Positions 57,370 to 64,000 of a DNA stretch of 64,000 nt are shown piece by piece. Position 1 is the first letter of the stretch. The number at the start of each line of letters is the position of its first letter. The notes beneath the pieces were generated by a model. The model was not told the DNA's origin and did not search any database. It was given only the letters and a program-made list of their open reading frames with translations. The stretch spans positions 2,944,001 to 3,008,000 of the forward strand of contig CAXXIA010000002.1 of assembly GCA_963666985.2 (NCBI GenBank), read 5' to 3'. Source of the stretch: Spirochaetia bacterium. GTDB taxonomy: Bacteria > Spirochaetota > Spirochaetia > DSM-2461. The translations under genes were made by a program, and so were the position numbers.

Positions 57370-58532
57370 ATGAATCATCAGCGATTGCTGGATAAAATCA
57401 ACCGCCTTTATTTTGACACCATAGACGATTCCATCTACCCCGACCTTTATTCGCACGGTTATTCCAGGCTTCCTTCGCTGAGCTTGGAAGAAAACAGGCA
57501 GTGGAATATCTGGCATAAGATTGTCAGTGACGACACGATGGATCATGGGATGAAAACCGAGAGTCTCTGCGCCGTTTTGTACGAGATTGATCGGGATACC
57601 AATAAATTCAACCGGCGAACCGCGGTTCTGTACCAACAGCCGGAGATTATCGATCAGGATTTTATCGACGGATTTCGCGGAGATCTGAAAACACTGGCGG
57701 AAACGGTTGTCTATAATCCTCAGACGGAAATCGCCCTCTCGGACAATCATACTCCTTTTACTCATGAACGGCGCTCTCGGGGATGGCGCTGGTTTCTTAT
57801 TGGGCTTGCGGCTGCTCTGATTGAGGGCGCCGCCGTTTGGTACGACATTTCCAAGGTCTCGATTACATTCCCTATAACAGCAGCATTCTTTGGGGTGTTT
57901 TCGGACTGTTTCCCCTTTTGGCCGGACTGGGAGCCGCCGCTTTGTCGCGAATCCGAAGATCTCGGCGCGCGGCGGTCAGTCACCGGCGTTATCGCCGGGA
58001 TTATGCCGTCGTCGTGGACAGACTCAATCTCGCGATTTTCAGCGGCAGCGGTTATGCCTTCGGCGCCGATGTCGTTAAAGAGCTGAACATCCGCAAAGAG
58101 CTGGAATTGGCGGAAGCTCGGAAACGGATTGAGGAACAGCAGGCTCGGATTCGCGAAAAAGAGCTCGTCGACGTCGAGCATAATCTGGATCATCGGGAAA
58201 AAATGCGCATTTTCGAGGAAATGGAATTCCAGATGAAGCTCGATGATGCGGAAGTAAAAAGCCTGCACCTTCAGGTATCGACTCTCATCGAATGCATGAA
58301 CCTGTTGAAAATCATGAAAGAAACTCCGGAACTGTACGAAGAGGCTCGGGAACGCTTCGGCCTGGAGCATATGCAGAAGCTCATTGAGTATGCCGTTGGT
58401 ACGGATTTACCGATTCCGGAAGATTTCGACGACTCCAAGAAACCGGCGAAGATGGAAAGTTCCGAAGAAGATCACGAAACCGTAAAAAGCATAAAGGGAT
58501 CGGGAAGAGCGGGAAAGAAAACCGTCCGCTAG
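57370..58532 (+). CDS. Hypothetical 2-TM protein with coiled-coil C-terminus, split by a +1 indel near 57900
   Basis: ORFs 57370-58086 and 57837-58532 join (FFGVF|GLFPLLAG) on removing one T. Confidence 0.6.
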
Positions 58533-59042
58533 AGTGTTTTCTTCTCAAATGGTGATGATTTTATCACTCAAGGAGAGGGCCTTAAGGATTTAAAGCCGAT
58601 GGCCGAATCGGCGGTTCGAGCAGCGGCGATACCGGTGTGGTATCCCGGATATTCTTTCATAGGAAATCGGCTTGCGGATACGCATCGTTTTGTTGCGAAA
58701 ATGCCCAAAGAGACGTTGATAATTCCCCGTCGAGCTCAATCCGTTCCGTAATCCGTATGAGAAATATTTACTGGAATTCATAAGAAGTTCTTCCGGTATA
58801 AAATAAAAGCCGGCAATAACAATCGTTCAATGATGAACATCAAGATATTTTATCGCTCAAACCAAGCGAAAAATGATGCGTGGAGAAGTGCATTAAGCCG
58901 AAAGGAAATAGAGTTGACTCTGAACCGCATTGAAGAAAGTCTGCATCAATATTTGGATGAACAACATTGAAAAATGAAAAGTTTGACGGGTTTTTTTTAG
59001 TCTGAGGTTTTGTTAATTTCTCGGGAAGACTGGCCGTACCCG

Positions 59043-59985
59043 CTACATATAGTTAAACAGTTTTTGGAGACGATCTTCGACTGTGCCGGCAATACAGGGA
59101 TGAACCACATATTCACCAATAATCTCCGGATGTCTGGAAATTTGATGATGGGGAATAACGGTTATTGTGGAATTGTAGCGTTTGCAGGTAAGAGCGAAGG
59201 GCTCTTTGAAAAGATGGACGGTTGATTTGCGGAACTCCATATCATGAAATGGAATAGATTGACGAAAGACATGTTTCCGTTCTATTTGCGAAAGCAGCAG
59301 AAAATTGAAAACGACTTGGTCGTCCTGAAGACCGAACACCATTAATATGGCCTTTTTCAGGATTCTTTTTGTTCTTTCGTTTGAGTCGACACGAAAAAAG
59401 CCGCAGCAAAGAGTGAATCCTGTTTTGTTAAGGATTTTTCTGGGGAGTGTTAATCCTTGAGAAAAAATAAAGTCGCTATTGAAAGAATCCAGAATCTCCA
59501 TGGGGTTTTTCTTCCAGAGGGCATCCGTATCGGAATGAATGAAAGAAATACCGTTATTGATTAATTCGTAAAATATTTTAGTTCTTACTATCCAGATGAT
59601 GTTATTGTTTATTTCACTGAAAAATCTTGAAATATCGACGATTTTCAGTCCGTGACGACTGATTTCAGATTGTACTTTATCATCAAGGGCAAAGATGATG
59701 ATATTCTGAAATTCAAATTCTTTTTATTGTTTTAAACCATTGTCCGAATAACGGAAGAAAATTGGAATCGATGAATGAAATAATAACCTGATTTCTAAGT
59801 GATGTTTCTTTTATCGTATCAATATCTTTTTCAGTAAGAATATTCTTAAACAGATAGGGTTTTCTTAACCTCAGATGGACTCCTCTCCATATTGAATAAA
59901 GAGATGATTTATAAAAACGTTTAATTTTTTTCAGCGGAAAGAAAAGGTATTTTCTTAATGACATAATTATCCTGAAGCCGTTCAT
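59043..59985 (-). CDS. Nucleotide-diphospho-sugar transferase (GT77/Nucleotid_trans-like); +1 indel at 59721-59725
   Basis: Reconstructed IIIFALD...WIVRT...L.NNG..FIHSDTDALWKKNP...LCCGFF...DDQVVFN; AT-rich. Confidence 0.7.
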
Positions 59986-60121
59986 AGATGAATCGCTTCT
60001 TTTCAGAGGACGATTTAACAATTTTTTAAGGATAATCTTAACGGTATAAGTAAATCAATACAAACTTTTTCTCAAACACAAATGCCGTCTGTGGCTCCGC
60101 ATATTTTATGAGGGCATAACG

Positions 60122-60814
60122 CTATTTAATCCTGTTGAAGAGCGGCCGCCGTTTTCCGAGTTTTTTATCCAGCTGAAGCTGTTCCGCGGCTTTTTTCTTT
60201 TCTTCGCGAATTTTTCGCATTTCCTTAAGCCGTGCTTCTTCGTCCAAAGCCATAATCCAGGGACTTAAGGGGCCTTGTTCTTCATCCTCGCTGTCTGTAG
60301 GGGCGTCCGATGTTTTTGATCGGACTTTGACTCGAACTTTCATTTTGGCGCCTTTACGGGATGTGCCGGTCATGGAGGCTCCGTCCATGGAAGCATCGGT
60401 TAAGTCGGCTCCTTTGAGAATTGCCCCCGAAAGGTTCGCCCTGTGAAAATCGGCGCCTCGTGCCCGAATGTCCGTCATTCGGGCGTTTTCAAGATTCGCG
60501 TCCGTTAATACCGCCCGGTTCATTCTCGCTCCGCTCAAGTCCGCTCCGCTCAAATCCGCTCCGCGGATTCGGGCATTGCTCAGATCGGCTCTGATAAGGA
60601 TGGAAGCCGAAAGGTTCGCGTCGCTCAGGTCCGCTCCGGAAAGATTGGCTTCACCGAGTTTCCTGCCGGCCAGATCCGCTCCGGCAAGGCGGGCCTGAAA
60701 CGAAGGACCGTTTTTTCGGACAAAGGTATTCCAGGAGGATATGTCGTCTTTATCCAGGGCTTCGATAAGAATGGCGAGGTGTCGGGGATTCCCTCGGAAG
60801 TCGTTATTCGGCAT
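60122..60814 (-). CDS. Pentapeptide-repeat protein
   Basis: Tandem A(D/N)LxG repeats (ADLAG, ANLSG, ADLSD...). Confidence 0.92.
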   Translation of the reverse strand: MPNNDFRGNPRHLAILIEALDKDDISSWNTFVRKNGPSFQARLAGADLAGRKLGEANLSGADLSDANLSASILIRADLSNARIRGADLSGADLSGARMNRAVLTDANLENARMTDIRARGADFHRANLSGAILKGADLTDASMDGASMTGTSRKGAKMKVRVKVRSKTSDAPTDSEDEEQGPLSPWIMALDEEARLKEMRKIREEKKKAAEQLQLDKKLGKRRPLFNRIK

Positions 60815-60884
60815 GTCGGATCTCCTCGGTTCGAGGATGAATACTAGGCTATCGGCCGCTTCGTCTCAAGACGGCTCGATCGAT

Positions 60885-61448
60885 TTATTCCCACCCGATG
60901 GTAAGCCTGATCAGCGTGAGTTCCGCATCCTTGCGAACGGCTTCGGGAGGATCCAGCTCTATGAGTTTTTCAAGAATATTGATTCTTTCTTCGCGGAGTT
61001 CCGCATCTCGGAAAGAAAAGCTGAGCGCATAGAACGTTCTGTAATCCGTTGGGGAGAGCCGCATCGACCGCTGGAGCAGATTGTGTCCCTCCTTATGGCG
61101 GCCTTCCATGCCTTCCAGAATACCGAGGTTTCTGAGTGCCGACGGATTGTCGGGCAGGAGTTCAAGCGAGTTTTTTAAGCATTCCCGAGCCGCTTTCAGA
61201 CTTCCCGTACGAAATCTGGCGCAGCCGAGGGCTTCCCATGCATAGGGATTGGACGGATCTTTGGAAATGTAGTGTTCCAGGGCACGGATTGCCTTGAGAT
61301 TCTCTCCGGTTTCCGTATAGGCGATACCGATATCGCAGATGGCTCTTATATCGTCGGGATCGTCGGAGATGATTTCGGAAAGAATAACTTTAGCCTGTTG
61401 AAACGCACCTTCCCTCATAAGGTGTTCGGCTTGATCGACAGTCGGCAT
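60885..61448 (-). CDS. Tetratricopeptide-repeat protein
   Basis: Repeats AICDIGIAY, AWEALGCA, ALRNLGIL with DP/PD turns; AGGAGG RBS. Confidence 0.85.
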   Translation of the reverse strand: MPTVDQAEHLMREGAFQQAKVILSEIISDDPDDIRAICDIGIAYTETGENLKAIRALEHYISKDPSNPYAWEALGCARFRTGSLKAARECLKNSLELLPDNPSALRNLGILEGMEGRHKEGHNLLQRSMRLSPTDYRTFYALSFSFRDAELREERINILEKLIELDPPEAVRKDAELTLIRLTIGWE

Positions 61449-61645
61449 CGGCGCCCTCCTGCGTTTCTTATCGGTCGATTTCTTAATTGACTGTACCCTT
61501 CGGGTATGAAGGACCGGTGGAAAAAGTGTGTATTTCATGTACCGATATCGAGGATGCGTCTCTATGAAGCGTTATGCTTGTCTCCCCTTTGAATCGCCTG
61601 ATATACTGGCGTCGTTTCCGGAAGAGTTCGCGTGGAGGACTCAAC

Positions 61646-62578
61646 ATGCTAAATTTAGACCCCGCCATGAAAAATCTTCTCATTGAAACCGTAGGTGGGA
61701 GTATGGTTGCCGATCAGGTCGAGGCTTTGGGGCAAATGCTCATCGCCGGCCTGAATATTCACGATTTAAGTGGAAAACGCAGTAACTTTACTTTATCGCC
61801 GAGGATGGCGGCTCAAGTATTAATCGAGCATCTTACGGGTCGTGGGCAGCTCGGTGATTTTATTAAACTGCTTGTGGAGATGGATGAGGAAGTGATCCTC
61901 GGAAAAGAGCTCCGAATAGACGGACTTGCATATTTTCTCCAGAAGCTTACAGAAACAGGACTTATTTACGACTCAAAAAAACGCAAGGTTATTCCTTTAA
62001 AGGAAGATCTCGCCAAAAGACCGGACTGGGGAGCTTTGAAAAACGGCGGAACTTATGATGTTACCGTCGGAAGCATGGACATCGTCGGCAGTTCGGAGCT
62101 TGTCAATAAAATCGGCCGGAAGAAGATGGAGAAGTTCTTCTCGTTTTTCTGGTCGAATCTGGCGGAACGTCTCGGGCCTTATAACGGCAGAATTTGGTCG
62201 TGGGCCGGCGACGGAGGGATTATTGCCTTCGCTTTCAAGCAGCATCAGGTGCGCGCGGTGCGTTTCGCTTTGGAAATGCAGCGGGTTATGCCGCTGATTA
62301 ACGCCCACCATCTCAATCCCATCGACGAGGATGTGTCCATTCGCATTGGAATGCACTGCGGAAAGGTCGGATTTATGGTGGATACGGGCAAGATTATTTC
62401 GGATGTGATTAATCTTGCGGCGCATCTGGAGAAAAAAGGAACAAATCCGGGTTCCGTTTCGATAACCGAGACCGTTTGGAAGCCTCTTCCGGATAAAATA
62501 CGTGATTTTTTCGATCCCGTGGGTGATTTCGAAGGGCAGCTCCAGTTAAAAACACACGATAGGCTCGACGTTATATAA
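61646..62578 (+). CDS. Class III nucleotide cyclase-domain protein with helical N-terminal domain
   Basis: MDIVGSS, WAGDG, IRIGMHCG, SDVINLAAHLE; GGAGG RBS. Confidence 0.85.
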   Translation: MLNLDPAMKNLLIETVGGSMVADQVEALGQMLIAGLNIHDLSGKRSNFTLSPRMAAQVLIEHLTGRGQLGDFIKLLVEMDEEVILGKELRIDGLAYFLQKLTETGLIYDSKKRKVIPLKEDLAKRPDWGALKNGGTYDVTVGSMDIVGSSELVNKIGRKKMEKFFSFFWSNLAERLGPYNGRIWSWAGDGGIIAFAFKQHQVRAVRFALEMQRVMPLINAHHLNPIDEDVSIRIGMHCGKVGFMVDTGKIISDVINLAAHLEKKGTNPGSVSITETVWKPLPDKIRDFFDPVGDFEGQLQLKTHDRLDVI

Positions 62579-62730
62579 CGAGTCTCCAAAGGCTCCATTT
62601 CGCTTCCATCGGGATGATTTCTCCATAAAAAGGGATACAATGGGAACCCGACGGTAACGGGAAGAAGCCGGATGACCGATAATTCGGGTACAGGCCGTTC
62701 CCTAAACCCGGGATCTGAGTCGGAGGTACC

Positions 62731-63324
62731 ATGAGGCGAAAGATCCTTCTGATTCTTATTATTTTCTCATCCGCTGCCGCTTCGGTTTCCGCCGTTGAAG
62801 GTCTTTTTCAGCTGAATTCCGTTTTCATGAAGATGAGTTATCCTCTTTACGGCAGCGGCGGGAAAGATGTTATTCGCCATTCTTCCGCGGGAATCGGCAT
62901 TAAAAGTACCAGAGGTGATACGATTCAAGGTGTTATCGACCTGAATCTACTTTTCCCGTACAAGATGAAAGAGAAAATGTATCCGGCAAAAAGCTTTTCC
63001 ACACGGTCTGTCGACGGTCAGCCTATCGGACTTGATTGTTTGATCGGCGTGGGTTACAGCTTTGATGTGGATCCTCTCTATTGTTTCGTTTCGGCCGGTC
63101 TGCATACCGGCGCCTTAATGGAAGGCGGTTCCATGCTGGTGGCCTTCGGACTGGGCGTTGACGCTCAGGCGCAAGTCAGGCTGGGAAAGGCGTTTACCTC
63201 TCAGCTGGGCTTGAAAGCGTCGATGGATTTTGCCGGGTATCAAAATTTTGTTTCCGGCTCCAATCAGTTCGCGGGGCTTCCTTTCGGCATCGGCATTTAT
63301 ACCGGAATCGGTATCCAGCTCTAA
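62731..63324 (+). CDS. Exported protein, probable small outer-membrane beta-barrel
   Basis: Signal peptide; alternating amphipathic beta-strand pattern up to the C-terminus. Confidence 0.6.
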   Translation: MRRKILLILIIFSSAAASVSAVEGLFQLNSVFMKMSYPLYGSGGKDVIRHSSAGIGIKSTRGDTIQGVIDLNLLFPYKMKEKMYPAKSFSTRSVDGQPIGLDCLIGVGYSFDVDPLYCFVSAGLHTGALMEGGSMLVAFGLGVDAQAQVRLGKAFTSQLGLKASMDFAGYQNFVSGSNQFAGLPFGIGIYTGIGIQL

Positions 63325-63407
63325 TCCGTTTTTTAATCCTCTTTTTGTTTTAGCGGAGCCTGCTGAATTGGCCGGAATATCGCCGGTTTAAGAAAAAGGA
63401 CTGATTT

Positions 63408-63998
63408 TCAGAATATTTCGGAATCCATGAGAAGAACATCAAAGGCGGCCCTGTTCTCCTGCCAGAGCCAGTTGAACCTGAATCCGATGCTGAATCCCGA
63501 AAAGCTGTTTAATGCGGCAAAATCCATGTTGAGGGCGGCTCCGGAACTCCACAAAGGATTAAGCGAATTATCGTAGAAGCCGAAGTCTCCGTAAAATCCG
63601 AGGCGGAAGCGCTGAATAAAGAGAACCGGACCCAGGGGAAGATCGGGGTAGAGAATGGGAAGTTCATAATCGGCTTTTGCGAGAAGCTGCCGTTTAAAAT
63701 CAATATCGGAATAGCCGCGGGGACGGGATGTTATGGCGCTGAAGTCTTCCCGCCGCATTTCCCACGCTCCGCCCAGAACCAGTGCGGCATGAGGCACCAG
63801 TCCGGGGAAATAAAGTGAAAGCGCGGCTCCGGCCGCATCGGCTTCATTCTCAAATGGAAGATGACTGTATCCCGCCGTGATATTCCAGCCCCAGCGGGGG
63901 TGAATATCGCGATAACAGAGTTCTCTTGTCCGTATCCACTGCGTACCGTAGGAGAGATATGGATAGGCACCGCCGGTGCTTTTCCATAGAAGTCCTCC
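63408..63998 (-). CDS. C-terminal part of a probable outer-membrane beta-barrel protein (5' end outside the window)
   Basis: Frame open to the window edge: RDIHPRWG, YFPG, PRGY, DYELPILYPD, FYGDFG; terminal Phe. Confidence 0.65.
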   Translation of the reverse strand, partial: GGLLWKSTGGAYPYLSYGTQWIRTRELCYRDIHPRWGWNITAGYSHLPFENEADAAGAALSLYFPGLVPHAALVLGGAWEMRREDFSAITSRPRGYSDIDFKRQLLAKADYELPILYPDLPLGPVLFIQRFRLGFYGDFGFYDNSLNPLWSSGAALNMDFAALNSFSGFSIGFRFNWLWQENRAAFDVLLMDSEIF

Positions 63999-64000
63999 CT

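Noticed and set aside
60380..60690. Tandem DNA repeats or a CRISPR-like array
   Set aside because: The 15-bp periodicity is explained by pentapeptide-repeat coding; there are no spacers or cas genes.

Overview
Mostly housekeeping and transport DNA from a GC-rich spirochaete, probably Spirochaetaceae-like. This is inferred from the troABCDR operon, the lon ... recJ-M23-rpsU order and a TPR-fused alarmone synthetase. Contents in order: a YesMN-type regulator with a ribose-family ABC locus; a nucleoside ABC transporter; a lgt-sulfotransferase pair; MATE; several proteases; lon; recO; troABCDR with a clear promoter/operator; thpR-pdp-recJ-M23-rpsU; PreP and U32 proteins; an AT-richer sugar-catabolism island (about 41.5-49 kb); and an accessory-looking zone (49-62 kb). 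Main points of interest: (1) a monocistronic Bd0055/Leptospira-type bacterial histone; (2) a nucleosidase::SPL-like radical SAM fusion in an operon with an SDR and a GT2; (3) a decayed caspase-FGE gene whose 3' end has the codon signature of a DGR variable region, with no RT or TR in the window; (4) rpsU, missed by the ORF track, which can only start at a non-canonical ATC behind an extended SD; (5) a GT77/Nucleotid_trans-like glycosyltransferase; (6) an RPE-1-like palindromic element. Many genes carry single +1 indels, mostly in homopolymers, and these are most likely long-read consensus errors. No rRNA, intact tRNA, CRISPR array or transposase was seen. All family calls come from motif recognition, not database searches.
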